Numbered from the stretch's first letter, positions 1 through 10,574 are shown. The stretch is 64,000 nt of DNA from Candidatus Levyibacteriota bacterium (GCA_027459725.1 DAIDHK010000001.1:3411-67410), one strand, 5' to 3'. Numbers and translations: made by a program. The notes: generated by a model not told the origin, from the sequence alone.

Positions 1-164
1 AAGGCTTCCATCATCATTTAATCTGTCAGGTATGTGGGGTTATTGAGGATATGGATGATTGCAATATAGATATTTGGGAGAAGGAACTTAGAAAAAAGAA
101 GGGTTTTATTGTCAAAAGACACAGCTTGGAATTCTTCGGGCTGTGTAAAAACTGTCAAAATTAA
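1..164 (+). CDS. zur: Fur-family metal-responsive regulator, probably Zur (3' part only)
   Basis: Frame from nt 3 reads GFHHHLICQVCGVIED...RHSLEFFGLCKNCQN*, the Fur C-terminal HHH-CxxC...CxxC pattern. Stop at 162-164 lies directly before a Zn ABC operon. Not in the ORF track. Confidence 0.9.
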   Translation, partial: GFHHHLICQVCGVIEDMDDCNIDIWEKELRKKKGFIVKRHSLEFFGLCKNCQN

Positions 165-165
165 T

Positions 166-1077
166 ATGAGTAAAAGATTTTTCACTATAACTCTTATTGC
201 AGCTCTGATTATTTTCTCGGGAGGGATAATATTTTTTAGCGGACAGACTAACACACTTAATACGACCAGTACAAAAATCCGCATTGTCGCAGCGGAAAAT
301 TTTTATGGAAATATTGCCTCTCAACTGGGTGGAGCTAATGTTGAGGTAGTAAGTCTACTCTCAGATCCTAATGCTGACCCGCATGAATATGAATCTAGCG
401 TTTCAGATGCTAAAGCAGTGGCAAATGCCAATATAGTTATTGAAAATGGTGATAATTATGACACCTGGATGGATAAATTACTCTCCTCCTCACCTAATAA
501 CTCCCGCATCGTTATAATTGGGGCAAATGTCGCTACAAACAAACTGGTAGATAATCCGCATATTTGGTATAGCGTTGATAATATCAAAGCAGTTGCCCAG
601 TCCATAGACAATGCTTTAAAACATGTTGATCCCTCCAAGGCACAAACTTTTGCAAGTAATCTGACTGCTTTTGATAATTCCCTCTCCCCGATTACGCAAA
701 AAATGGCTGAGATAAAAGCCAAATATAATCAGACTCCGATAGGATTGACTGAGACTATTTTTCTTTATCAAACAGGCCCCATGGGTCTTAAAGTGTTAAC
801 ACCGCTGGCTTTTGAACGCGCCATTGCCGAGGGCAATGATCCTTCAGCTAATGATGTCGCGACATCAAACAATCAGATCTTAAAACATGAAATAAAAGTA
901 TTAATATATAATGAACAAACCATAACCCCTATTACTACAAACCTACAAAATGAAGCTAGAGCGAACAATATTCCGGTTGTTGGAGTGACTGAAACCATGA
1001 CAGCAGATAGTTCTTATCAATCCTGGATGTTAAATCAGTTAAATAATTTACAAAACGCCCTGAAAAGCACAAAATAG
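166..1077 (+). CDS. znuA: Zn/Mn ABC transporter substrate-binding protein
   Basis: N-terminal hydrophobic anchor; ADPHEYE and NPHIW cluster A-I motifs; ATG at 166 follows the Fur stop. Confidence 0.9.
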   Translation: MSKRFFTITLIAALIIFSGGIIFFSGQTNTLNTTSTKIRIVAAENFYGNIASQLGGANVEVVSLLSDPNADPHEYESSVSDAKAVANANIVIENGDNYDTWMDKLLSSSPNNSRIVIIGANVATNKLVDNPHIWYSVDNIKAVAQSIDNALKHVDPSKAQTFASNLTAFDNSLSPITQKMAEIKAKYNQTPIGLTETIFLYQTGPMGLKVLTPLAFERAIAEGNDPSANDVATSNNQILKHEIKVLIYNEQTITPITTNLQNEARANNIPVVGVTETMTADSSYQSWMLNQLNNLQNALKSTK

Positions 1078-1088
1078 ATCATACTGAC

Positions 1089-1859
1089 ATGCCAGAGGAA
1101 TCAATCATCAGTTTAAAAAATATCAACCTTACACTTTCAAATAGGGTTATCTTAAAAGATGTGAGCCTTAGCATAAATGAAGGTGAGTTTATCGCAATCT
1201 TAGGACCAAACGGGGCGGGAAAAAGCACCTTGCTAAAACTTTTGCTTGGATTGTATAAACCCAGTTCTGGAATGATCAGCATTTTTGGCTCGTCACCAAA
1301 AAGAGGCAATAAATTTATTGGTTATGCACCTCAACACCGTACTCTGGAGGCAGATATGGCACTTCGTGCGCGCGACGTGGTAGGTTTTGGCCTTGATGGT
1401 ACCCATTGGGGAATCGGTTTTCCCAGTAAACATAAAACCAAACTAATTGAAAAGGCCTTGGATGAGGTTGACATGCTAAGATATGCCAACAGTCCGGTTG
1501 GTAAACTTTCTGGTGGAGAACAACAAAGACTGCTAATCGCTCAAGCACTGCTTACCAACCCTAAGATACTCCTTCTGGATGAACCATTAGCCAGTTTAGA
1601 CATTACACATGCCAATACTATTATCAATCTGGTTAAATCAATTGCAAAAAAAAGAAATATAACCGTGCTTTTGGTTACCCATGACGTCAATCCACTACTC
1701 GCAGTTATTGACAGAGTCGTATATATTGCCAATACCCACAGTGCTATTGGTAAACCCTCTGAAATTATTACCAGCGAGGTTCTCTCCAAACTATACGCCT
1801 CGCCCATCGAGGTCATCCAAACAAAAGGCAGAATGTTTGTAATTGGGGAAGAGTTATAG
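1089..1859 (+). CDS. znuC: Metal ABC transporter ATP-binding protein
   Basis: GPNGAGKST, LSGGEQQR, LLLDEP, VTHD. Confidence 0.92.
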   Translation: MPEESIISLKNINLTLSNRVILKDVSLSINEGEFIAILGPNGAGKSTLLKLLLGLYKPSSGMISIFGSSPKRGNKFIGYAPQHRTLEADMALRARDVVGFGLDGTHWGIGFPSKHKTKLIEKALDEVDMLRYANSPVGKLSGGEQQRLLIAQALLTNPKILLLDEPLASLDITHANTIINLVKSIAKKRNITVLLVTHDVNPLLAVIDRVVYIANTHSAIGKPSEIITSEVLSKLYASPIEVIQTKGRMFVIGEEL

Positions 1860-1866
1860 AAATAAT

Positions 1867-2664
1867 ATGTATGTAATTTCACTCCTACAGTATCCCTTCA
1901 TGCAAAACGCACTTATAGCAGCTACCTTTGTTGCGCTGATTGCCCCACTCGTGGGATATTTTTTACTCCTTAGACGTTTAACTTTTGCCGGTCATGCTCT
2001 TTCGCATATCGGATTTGCGGGAGCTGCCGGTGCAGTTCTGCTTGGTGTTGATCCGGTTTTTGGACTACTGGTCTTTACTATAATCTCAGGAATAGGCATA
2101 GGAATTATAGGCAGACGATTTCATGAACGCGACATCACGATTGGTATTATCTTAACTCTGGCTCTTTCATTGGGTGTATTATTTCTCTTTCTTTACCAGG
2201 GATACGCTGAGGAGGCTTACAGCATCTTATTTGGAACCATACTCGGGGTAAGTAAAACCGATGTCATAATGACCATTATTTTTAGTATTCTAACCTTTCT
2301 TTGTATGATAGGCATTTACCGTCCATTGTTATTTAGCTCTTTTGACCCCCAGGTTGCCGAGGCATCAGGCGTACCAACTCAGTTTTTGTCCATATTATTT
2401 CTTATCCTTTTGGCAGTTACTGTCTCAATCGCGGTACAAATTGTAGGTATATTGTTAATATTCACTCTTCTGGTAGGTCCTGTCGCCACCGCAATGCGGC
2501 TGACTAAAAAACCAGTTTCGACTATTGGACTGGCGATTATCTTCGCCCTGTTATTTTCCTGGATGGGAATACTCTTAGCAGCAAGCACAAATCTACCTGT
2601 AACATTTTATATAACAAGTTTATCATTTCTAGCCTATATGGCAGTACGTTTTCTGCCTGTTTGA
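1867..2664 (+). CDS. znuB: Metal ABC transporter permease (ABC-3/ZnuB family), copy 1
   Basis: FMQNALIA..., GHALSHIGFAG, SILFG, FDPQVA motifs; start placed at ATG 1867. Confidence 0.88.
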   Translation: MYVISLLQYPFMQNALIAATFVALIAPLVGYFLLLRRLTFAGHALSHIGFAGAAGAVLLGVDPVFGLLVFTIISGIGIGIIGRRFHERDITIGIILTLALSLGVLFLFLYQGYAEEAYSILFGTILGVSKTDVIMTIIFSILTFLCMIGIYRPLLFSSFDPQVAEASGVPTQFLSILFLILLAVTVSIAVQIVGILLIFTLLVGPVATAMRLTKKPVSTIGLAIIFALLFSWMGILLAASTNLPVTFYITSLSFLAYMAVRFLPV

Positions 2665-2673
2665 ACAAATATT

Positions 2674-3522
2674 ATGATACATTTACTGCAATATCAATTT
2701 ATACAATACGCCTTTTTGTCAGGAACGCTCACGGCGATAATCTGCGCGATTGTGGGATATTTTGTGGTCATACGCTCGCAGGCATTTGCGGCCGAGTCCT
2801 TTACAGAGATTGGATTTGCCGGAGCAACTGGTGCTCCCTTGCTTGGATTAAGTTCGCTGGTGGGAACTTTTATCGCCTCTATCTTAGCCGCGATTGGTAT
2901 AGCAACTATTGGTAAGCGCATACAGGGACGCGATGTGGAGGTAGGAATGGTGCTATCATTTGCCATGGGCCTTGGAGTATTGTTCTTAAAATTATATACC
3001 ACCAATGCAAGTGAAACAGTTAGCATTCTATTCGGCTCAATCCTTAGCGTCACCACATCTGATGTAATTATTAATTTTGTTACCTCTTTATTCACACTTT
3101 TTGTGCTTATTTTTATATTTCGTCCCTTGTTATTCTCATCCATTGATCCCCAAGTAGCCCTGGCCAGAGGTATTCCTGTACGGGCTTTATCAGTAATTTT
3201 TATGATTCTGGTTAGTATAACTATTGCTGAGGCGATATTAGTCGTTGGCGTTTTGTTGGCTTTTTCTCTGCTTATAGCGCCAGCTGCAACTGCTTTGCAT
3301 CTAAGCCGTCGTCCCCTGTTAACGATTCTTATAGCTATCTGCTTTGGCGTATTATCCACCTGGGCAGGTTTACTGTTGGCTTTTTATCTGCATGGCCCGG
3401 TAAGCTTTTTTATTGCCGGATTATCATCAGTTGGCTATCTGCTTATAACCCAAATAATGCATCGTGTAGAACCTGGTATTTTTGTCCCTTTTTACCGCCC
3501 GGTAACAGAAAAAAAATCCTAA
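2674..3522 (+). CDS. znuB: Metal ABC transporter permease (ABC-3/ZnuB family), copy 2
   Basis: Paralogous to the preceding gene (IGFAGA, SILFG, RPLLFSS-DPQVA). Confidence 0.88.
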   Translation: MIHLLQYQFIQYAFLSGTLTAIICAIVGYFVVIRSQAFAAESFTEIGFAGATGAPLLGLSSLVGTFIASILAAIGIATIGKRIQGRDVEVGMVLSFAMGLGVLFLKLYTTNASETVSILFGSILSVTTSDVIINFVTSLFTLFVLIFIFRPLLFSSIDPQVALARGIPVRALSVIFMILVSITIAEAILVVGVLLAFSLLIAPAATALHLSRRPLLTILIAICFGVLSTWAGLLLAFYLHGPVSFFIAGLSSVGYLLITQIMHRVEPGIFVPFYRPVTEKKS

Positions 3523-4087
3523 ATATTTTTTAATCGGGTCAATTGCTGAGAAATGAAAGTAACGATCACCAAGAACTGAAAAATACGTCGTATCAACTTA
3601 GGCCAATGATCACAGACTCCTTCCTGTAGTCCTCCGGCTGACTTGACTCGAGCTATCATATGAGGGCGACTTTTTACTCTCTTTCTGTGCACTACATAGC
3701 TCTGGATATTTGTTCATAATCTTCTGGATGGTATTGTGCCTAGTAATAATCCCTTGGCCTTTTAACTCTGCCTGAATTTCATAATTTGACTTCTCCTTAT
3801 CCTTCTCCCGTATTGCATAAACGAAGTTTTTTATGTCATTGGAGGTGTCTTCTGCCTCACCTTCTTTGGTCACCGTTGGCTTGTATTATCTTCCAATGTC
3901 TGTAATCGTCAATCGTCTCTGCCAAGGGATAAAATGTATCTGGAGATACACCAAAGTATAGGCAGGTTAGTGAGGCATTCTTGTCATGAGAAAAACAGTA
4001 ATTAAACCATGATAACCGTTTCATCCCGTCCCAGAATAAATTACTTTTGACTCGAGTTTTATCTTGGGAAATAACTTGAATACTCAC
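3523..4087 (-). mobile_element. Degenerate IS481-like transposase remnant (frameshifted, truncated)
   Basis: Fragments in different frames: RLSWFNY..HDKNASLTCLYFGVSPDTFY (HTH), IQAELKGQGI...TIQKIM (second HTH), and VDTTYFSVLGDRYFHFSAID at about 3597-3538 (start of the integrase/rve core), preceded by an in-frame TAA. The rest of the DDE domain is absent. Confidence 0.75.
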
Positions 4088-4166
4088 ATGTACGAGCCTG
4101 ACTCTTGTAAAACTTATGAACTGTAATGGATGTATTGTGACCTAGGCAACTATGGACAATGACAAC

Positions 4167-5351
4167 TTACTCATATCGGAGTGCGTCAATGGGATTCATT
4201 TTAGCCGCTCTTTGCGCAGGATAAATACCAAAAAGTAAACCTATGAGTATAGAAACAATAACCGCGGCTATTATAGACCCAAGCGGCAATGTAAAAGGCA
4301 CCTTAAGAATGCTTGATAATAACAATCCCACTCCCATACCCAATATAGTACCGATTAATCCACCAGATACGGTTAAAACAACAGCTTCGATTAGAAACTG
4401 CACCAGAATATTATTTCTGGTAGCACCAATAGCCTTGAGAAGACCTATTTCTCTGGTTCGCTCAGTCACTGTTACCAGCATAATATTCATAATGCCAATT
4501 CCCCCCACTAGCAGTGATATAGCAGCAATGCCTGCGAGCACACCGCTTAGAATACCTGTAATAGTCCCTACCGTTGCCAAAAGATCCTTGGAAGTATAAA
4601 TTGCATACTTTTTAATAACATTGGGATCAGTAATATTATGCCGATCAATAATTAATTGTTTAACCTCAAGTGCTGTCACATCCACCATATTACTGTTAGT
4701 AACCGCCGCCTCAATATCAGTCAGCGTCTGGGTACCCGCCACGGTATTCATAGCCGTAGTTACCGGGATATAGATAGAATTATCAGGATCACCCGCAATT
4801 GAGCTGCCTTTGGCCTGGAGTACACCTACAATATAAAATGAGCTATTGCCAATCTGGATCAGTTTACCCACCGGATTTGAATCAGCTCCGAATAAATCAG
4901 TTACAACCTGTGAGCCAAGAACTGCGACACTGCTGTATGAAGTCACATCGTCATCAGTAAAAAAGTTTCCGTACTGTGGAGTAAGAGAAAGCATATCAGC
5001 ATATGAAGGAGTAACACCATTGACACTGACACTTGTACTTTGTCCATTGGCAGACACAGTTTTTGTAGATACAACTTGTTGTGCCACTAAATTAATCTGT
5101 GGCACCTGCTGGGCAATAGCTGTTGCATCATTACGGGTTAAAGGAATATCCGGAGTTGAAACAATATATAATAAATTAGTACCCAAAGCAGAAATCTTGG
5201 AAGTAATAGCAGCAGTTGCCCCCTGGCTGATAATGAGAACAAGTGTAACGGCAAAAATTCCGATAATAATTCCCAGCATGGTCAGAAAGGTACGCAGGAT
5301 ATTAGCCCGCAATGATCTAACAGCCGTAGCAAAAACTTCCGAATAATTCAT
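4167..5351 (-). CDS. MacB/FtsX-family ABC exporter permease
   Basis: RTFLTMLGIIIGI, GGIGIMNIMLVTVTERTREIG, PIDALRYE. Confidence 0.93.
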   Translation of the reverse strand: MNYSEVFATAVRSLRANILRTFLTMLGIIIGIFAVTLVLIISQGATAAITSKISALGTNLLYIVSTPDIPLTRNDATAIAQQVPQINLVAQQVVSTKTVSANGQSTSVSVNGVTPSYADMLSLTPQYGNFFTDDDVTSYSSVAVLGSQVVTDLFGADSNPVGKLIQIGNSSFYIVGVLQAKGSSIAGDPDNSIYIPVTTAMNTVAGTQTLTDIEAAVTNSNMVDVTALEVKQLIIDRHNITDPNVIKKYAIYTSKDLLATVGTITGILSGVLAGIAAISLLVGGIGIMNIMLVTVTERTREIGLLKAIGATRNNILVQFLIEAVVLTVSGGLIGTILGMGVGLLLSSILKVPFTLPLGSIIAAVIVSILIGLLFGIYPAQRAAKMNPIDALRYE

Positions 5352-6073
5352 TTTTTAACTCCTTTGGTTTTATGCGTATTCTTTTCATCCGAAACAATTA
5401 TTCCGTCACGAATCAGGATTATCCGGTCAGCATACGATGCAATATCCGGTTCATGAGTGATAACTACAATTGTGTGTCCCTGAGTATGCAGGGTTTGAAA
5501 AAACGACATAATTTCATGGGAGGTTTTACTGTCCAGATTTCCGGTTGGCTCATCAGCCAGAAGTAGTGAGGGATTCATAACCAGAGCCCTGGCAATTGCT
5601 ACACGCTGAATCTGACCGCCTGAAATCTGATTGGACAAATTATCCGCCTTTTCCTCCAGATGAACTAAACGAAGCATTTCCATTGCCCGTTCCCGTCTTT
5701 TTTCCGGTGGATAAAGCGTACTAAAAGACATCGGTCTCTCCACATTTTTAATCACACTGGTTCTTGATAACAAATTAAATGACTGGAAGACAAACCCTAT
5801 TTCTTCATTGCGTATATGCGCCAGCTGATCATCGGTATAATTGGAAATATCCTTGTCATTAAGCAGATACTTTCCACTGGTTGGCGTATCAAGAGCTCCC
5901 ATGATATGCATAGTGGTTGATTTGCCACTACCCGATGGACCCATAATTGCCACAAATTCCTCACGCTCAATTTTCACTGTCAAATCATGCAGTGCCTCAT
6001 ATTCGTTGTCACCTGTTTTATATACTTTGCGTATATGCTGGAAATCTATAAGAGGTTTATTGAGCTTATTCAT
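5348..6073 (-). CDS. MacB/LolD-type ABC ATP-binding protein
   Basis: GPSGSGKST, IGFVFQSFNL, SGGQIQR, ADEPTGNLD. Confidence 0.93.
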   Translation of the reverse strand: MNKLNKPLIDFQHIRKVYKTGDNEYEALHDLTVKIEREEFVAIMGPSGSGKSTTMHIMGALDTPTSGKYLLNDKDISNYTDDQLAHIRNEEIGFVFQSFNLLSRTSVIKNVERPMSFSTLYPPEKRRERAMEMLRLVHLEEKADNLSNQISGGQIQRVAIARALVMNPSLLLADEPTGNLDSKTSHEIMSFFQTLHTQGHTIVVITHEPDIASYADRIILIRDGIIVSDEKNTHKTKGVKK

Positions 6074-6083
6074 AAAGCATCTT

Positions 6084-7346
6084 TTAACCGCCGCTATTTG
6101 GACCGCCTGATTGGTTGTTGGTTAATTGTGTATTACCCAGTATTACTTTTGCTCCGTTACTTACACCCTTTAATACTTCACTGCGCGAAAATCCGCGCAA
6201 ACCAATTAACACGGGCACAAATTTTACTTTGCCGTTTTTACCAACAATTTGAACCGCTTTACCGTTCTGATAAGGAATAATCGCTGCATTGGCAACTGTC
6301 AGGACATTATCTTTATGTGCGGTATAAATTGTCAGATTTGCCGACATACCAGGCTTAACCAAATTATCGGCATTGGTAATTTTTAAGAAGACGTTATAAG
6401 TTACAACTCCGTTTGTTTGGGTACCGTAACTGTCAATCTGTATGATATTGGCACTATACGTTTTATTAGGAATTCCACTGAATGTTACATCAGCTTTTTG
6501 TCCAAGTGCGACTTTATTAATATCCACCTCACTTACAGTTGTTTGAATAGATGATCCATGGTTAGTACCAATAATCATAACTGGTGTAATTACAGTCGTA
6601 GTCGCACTAGCCTGGGAACTCGAGGTTTCCGCCTGAACTTTAGCACCGGTTAGACCAATGATATTGGCCACAATTCCGTTAGTAGAGGCCGTGATAGTAG
6701 CGTTTTGGGTTGCCTGATATGCCAGATAATAACTATTTAACGCAGCCTGATCTTTGGCAATGACTGATTGTTGATTTTTGTAATTAGCCTGGGCGGCCAG
6801 CCAGTTGTCCTGGGCAGTAGTAAATTCGGGCAAAACACGGTTAGTATAATTTGGTGAACCATCACTTTTCTGATAGGTAGAATTAGTCGCTAAATCAGTA
6901 AAGGTTTTCCAATCCGAGAACATAGTTGATTGCAGGGAATACAGCGTAGCATTGTCAGCATTAAGCGTGCTTTGAGCAGATAGATAATTAGCATAAGCTG
7001 CTGCCTGTTCCTGAGCTGTAGCTGTACTTCTGACAGTAAATAACTTTTCACCCACGGTTACACTGTCACCATTTTTAACAAACAATTGATCCAGTACTCC
7101 GTTCGCCGGCGAATAAACATCTGTCTGATTTGAAGAAGTCACTGTACCGTTTTCCGTTACGAGCTGATCAATATTACCTAAAGAGACAGTATCAAAGGTG
7201 TACTGCTGTGTGGGAGAGGGAGAAAATATATTTTTTATAATTAGAAGTAAAATCAAAAAAACTACGATCACCAGAACTTTTTTCTTCCAAGAGGTATGTA
7301 AAAACCAGCGCCAGAATCTTAGTGGAGACTTAAGTATTACCTTCAT
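6084..7346 (-). CDS. Membrane fusion (MacA/HlyD-like) adaptor subunit
   Basis: N-terminal TM, lipoyl-like halves (SPANG..LFVKNGDSV), helical hairpin, VSEVDI..V.LGQ, KPGMSA. Confidence 0.88.
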   Translation of the reverse strand: MKVILKSPLRFWRWFLHTSWKKKVLVIVVFLILLLIIKNIFSPSPTQQYTFDTVSLGNIDQLVTENGTVTSSNQTDVYSPANGVLDQLFVKNGDSVTVGEKLFTVRSTATAQEQAAAYANYLSAQSTLNADNATLYSLQSTMFSDWKTFTDLATNSTYQKSDGSPNYTNRVLPEFTTAQDNWLAAQANYKNQQSVIAKDQAALNSYYLAYQATQNATITASTNGIVANIIGLTGAKVQAETSSSQASATTTVITPVMIIGTNHGSSIQTTVSEVDINKVALGQKADVTFSGIPNKTYSANIIQIDSYGTQTNGVVTYNVFLKITNADNLVKPGMSANLTIYTAHKDNVLTVANAAIIPYQNGKAVQIVGKNGKVKFVPVLIGLRGFSRSEVLKGVSNGAKVILGNTQLTNNQSGGPNSGG

Positions 7347-7475
7347 CAGACTTAGCTTAGCATTTTACAGCTTCAAAATCCAGTCAACTGACATTTCTTG
7401 AAAAGGTATTACTAGTTATTATATTTAATATTTCAAGAAAATTAGGTCTTAATATGATATTATGAAAAAATTATA

Positions 7476-8036
7476 ATGCATCATTTTACTTACAATAAAA
7501 ACCAACGAAGAAAAATTCTTAATCCTGATTTAATTTTGCAGCAAGCAGGACTGAAAAAAGGTATGATAATGGTCGATCTGGGGTGCAATGATGGTTATTT
7601 CTCAATTCCCGCTGCATCAATTGTCAAAGAGACAGGAAAAATATTAGGCATAGACATCGACGAAATAGCAGTTAAAAGGTTAAAAGATACAGCAAGTGAA
7701 AATAATTTACTTAACATTTATACTTTTATCAGTAGTGCTGAAGATTTTTTACCTGGAGAAAACTTTGTCGACCTGATACTATTATCAACTGTTCTGCATG
7801 ACTTTAGCGACCCTTTAAAAGTTTTGCGTAATGCTAACAAAATGCTCAAGACTACAGGTAAACTAGTAAATATTGACTGGATAAAGCAGCATTCAGACTT
7901 TGGTCCACCCTTTGAAAAACGTTTCAGTTCTGATAAGGCACGGAATTTACTTGAACAAACAGGTTTTTCAATTACTCTAACTGATGAAATAAATGACTTA
8001 TTTTATAGACAAACTACTATCAAAAAAATAACTTAG
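7476..8036 (+). CDS. Class I SAM-dependent methyltransferase
   Basis: MVDLGCNDG motif I, GIDID, VDLILLSTVLHD, FGPP. Confidence 0.85.
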   Translation: MHHFTYNKNQRRKILNPDLILQQAGLKKGMIMVDLGCNDGYFSIPAASIVKETGKILGIDIDEIAVKRLKDTASENNLLNIYTFISSAEDFLPGENFVDLILLSTVLHDFSDPLKVLRNANKMLKTTGKLVNIDWIKQHSDFGPPFEKRFSSDKARNLLEQTGFSITLTDEINDLFYRQTTIKKIT

Positions 8037-8365
8037 CAAGCTTATTTATTTTTACAAAATTAAAATCTCTTCGAGCTGTTTCTCAGAATATAAACAAAAT
8101 ACCTGATACGATTAAAGTAGGCAAACTTGGTGGTTAATTACAAGAAGAATAGGTGATCTAAAAAATGAATCCGTATATGCCGTAAAATTAACAAATAAAA
8201 TAAAAACAGGTTGCTAAAGGGCGATAAAAGCTTGCTAGAATAAATAATTGTTATAAAAAGTTGGATATTCACATGGCATAGTTTACAAGAATGCTGTCCA
8301 TTGCCACACAGTTCAATTTATCAAACTAGCCAGTCTTTTGTATTTTCTGAGAAAAATACATTTAA

Positions 8366-9424
8366 TTACTTAGCGGCGGATTTTGCGTAAATGAAGAAGG
8401 TGTTTTGAGGGTCAGCACCAATACAACCATCTGTAATCGAGGCATTATTTATAGCAAATCCTTTTTTTGTATACCAGTCGTTAGCAGCAGGAATTGCCTG
8501 ATCTACTGGTAATGTTGGAGTATATTCATAAAATTCCTGCGTAAAACCACTAAAGTAGGCTTGCTGGAATTGTGGATTAGCTGTATCTTCCAAGAAATGC
8601 TGGCTCCAAGGAAAATTCTTATTACCGGCGGCTTCTGTTAATATTTTTTTCACATATACACAGAGATGCTGGTTTTCATTTAAAGGCGAAAGTCCATCTG
8701 CAGTTCTTTTTTGATTAATTAGGGTAAATATTTGTTGCGAGAATTGATCAGCTTGAACTTGAGTATACTGAGCTGTAGATGTTTGTGTCAGATGACCACC
8801 CTTAACACCAGCAACAACCGCTAATAATGTTAATCCAACTACGGCAATAACTCCGATTATTAAAAAACCAAAGACTAGAAAAATAGCCAGAACTGTATGG
8901 GGCTTTTTGTCAGTAGGAACAACAACTGTTCCCGCCATTTTGTCATGCCAACCTTGCTTTTTACTGTCCCATGCTACCCACAAGAATCCTAAACAGAAAA
9001 CAATTGCAGACACTAGATATCCAATATAACGAATAACTGCAGAACCAATATCCATTGGTTGTCCGCTCTCCTTAACAACTCTAATTGCGAGTAATTTATT
9101 GCCGAGAGTTTGACCATTTTGGTTAACCCAGAAGAAAATAAAATAAGCCACCCCAATTAAAAAACTCAATCCGAAATTAGTTGTGGGAACATTTTGTGTA
9201 GCGGATGTCGTAAAATGAAAACCGCCAGGAGCATTCACTGCCATTCCTATTATTCCAAGAATCAAACCATCTACGCTATAGGCTAAGAATCTTCTCCAAA
9301 ATCCGATATATTGTTGAGGTAATGTAGGGGGTGTATTTTGAACATCCTGAGTCTGCTGAGTTGATTGTGTATTTTGAACATCCTGAGTCTGCTGAGTTGA
9401 TTGTGTATTTTGAATAGTTTGCAT
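8366..9424 (-). CDS. RDD-family membrane protein with C-terminal CAP/SCP-like domain
   Basis: GFWRRFLAYSVD, GQTLGNKLLAIRVV, QGWHDKMAGTVV (RDD); IFTLINQKRTADGLSPL (CAP-like start). Confidence 0.8.
   Translation of the reverse strand: MQTIQNTQSTQQTQDVQNTQSTQQTQDVQNTPPTLPQQYIGFWRRFLAYSVDGLILGIIGMAVNAPGGFHFTTSATQNVPTTNFGLSFLIGVAYFIFFWVNQNGQTLGNKLLAIRVVKESGQPMDIGSAVIRYIGYLVSAIVFCLGFLWVAWDSKKQGWHDKMAGTVVVPTDKKPHTVLAIFLVFGFLIIGVIAVVGLTLLAVVAGVKGGHLTQTSTAQYTQVQADQFSQQIFTLINQKRTADGLSPLNENQHLCVYVKKILTEAAGNKNFPWSQHFLEDTANPQFQQAYFSGFTQEFYEYTPTLPVDQAIPAANDWYTKKGFAINNASITDGCIGADPQNTFFIYAKSAAK
9331..9414. repeat. Perfect 36-bp tandem repeat, about 2.3 copies, in frame (QNTQSTQQTQDV)
   Basis: gtgtattttgaacatcctgagtctgctgagttgatt at 9331-9366 and 9367-9402, partial copy at 9403-9414. 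Confidence 0.95.
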
Positions 9425-9432
9425 TTATTTTA

Positions 9433-9672
9433 TTAAGTAATTGGTTTGCCAACCAGTATCATAGAAATAAAATTAATCAAAAATACAAAAACCCAAAAAC
9501 CAACTGCTGTAATAAAACACCAAAGCATAACTTTTTTATATGTTCTTCTACTATTCTGATCTTTGGTATTTGCTCTAACAATGGCAAAGATAATACCAAG
9601 AATGATCCCGATAAATAGCCAGGGAATCGCGATAAAGGATAATATGATAAGTATTACATTTAATATAACCAT
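9433..9672 (-). CDS. Small two-TM membrane protein
   Basis: 79 aa, two hydrophobic segments around a basic loop; 8 nt upstream of the RDD gene. Confidence 0.65.
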   Translation of the reverse strand: MVILNVILIILSFIAIPWLFIGIILGIIFAIVRANTKDQNSRRTYKKVMLWCFITAVGFWVFVFLINFISMILVGKPIT

Positions 9673-10032
9673 CTATTCGATTAACTCATGTATTGATACT
9701 TTTGTCAAGTTAGGCAGCAAAATATGTCTTTTCAACTAGAGATACCTCCTTCTATTCTTAAAATTGGTGATAAGTAAAGGTACACATACAACCAGCAGAA
9801 ACAACAGTAATATCTTCTGTTCAATTTTTACTTTAGGCAGACGTATTAAAATTAATGTAGTTTAATTATCTTTAAATTGCCAAATAAAGTAAGGCTATTT
9901 CAATGATAAATAAACTAAAACACTCTTTTTTTGGCAATAAATCAAATTTATCAGATAACTTACGACATACGGGTAACAGAATGAGTTTCCCCTAAACGAT
10001 AATCTAAATTATCTGCTTATGAATATAAATTG

Positions 10033-10569
10033 TCATCTGGAATTTTTTACCTGGTCGATTGCCTTGTTTACCGCTTCTTTTGCACTTTCTGCACTGATAA
10101 TTTTTATTCTTTTTCTCTCGTCCAAAAAAGTATTGGCCAATTTTTCACTCCAGCCCCCACTTCTGCCCAAAGCAATTATCGGAATATTAGCCTGGTAGGC
10201 AATGGCAATTTCCGTTAAAGTTCCTGAACCTCCGTTGATAGTGATGATAACGTCACAACTGTTGACCAGAACAAACTCTCTGCCTCCTCCACGCTCTGAG
10301 CCGGTTGCAATAATTATATCAATATTTTTTTCATGCACATCCAAACCTTTTCCATATGTCACACCCACTACTTGTCCCTTTGCTTTTTTTGCTCCCCGAC
10401 AGGCAGCCTGAGAGACTGAGTCGACGTCTTTTTCAGCTCCCACCAACAGAATGGCCTTCTTCTTAGCTATCCACCATCCCACTTCCTCTCCCAACTCCAA
10501 TAGTTTCTGTGAGTGAATAATATCCGTACATGATCCCATTACACCGATTTGCAATTTTCGCTGCTTCAT
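10033..10569 (-). CDS. LOG/SLOG-family protein (TIGR00725-like)
   Basis: IGVMGS, AACRGAK, IIATG, R..LVNSCDVII.INGGSGTLTEIAIAY, SGGWS; start at ATG 10569, 5 nt after the upstream stop. Confidence 0.88.
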   Translation of the reverse strand: MKQRKLQIGVMGSCTDIIHSQKLLELGEEVGWWIAKKKAILLVGAEKDVDSVSQAACRGAKKAKGQVVGVTYGKGLDVHEKNIDIIIATGSERGGGREFVLVNSCDVIITINGGSGTLTEIAIAYQANIPIIALGRSGGWSEKLANTFLDERKRIKIISAESAKEAVNKAIDQVKNSR

Positions 10570-10574
10570 AATTA

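Noticed and set aside
4100-4165. IS terminal inverted repeat
   Set aside because: TGT-starting segments are present but no matching partner or target duplication was found on the other side.
9331-9414. 36-bp repeats as a CRISPR array
   Set aside because: Copies are directly adjacent with no spacers, lie in frame within a CDS, and no cas genes are present.
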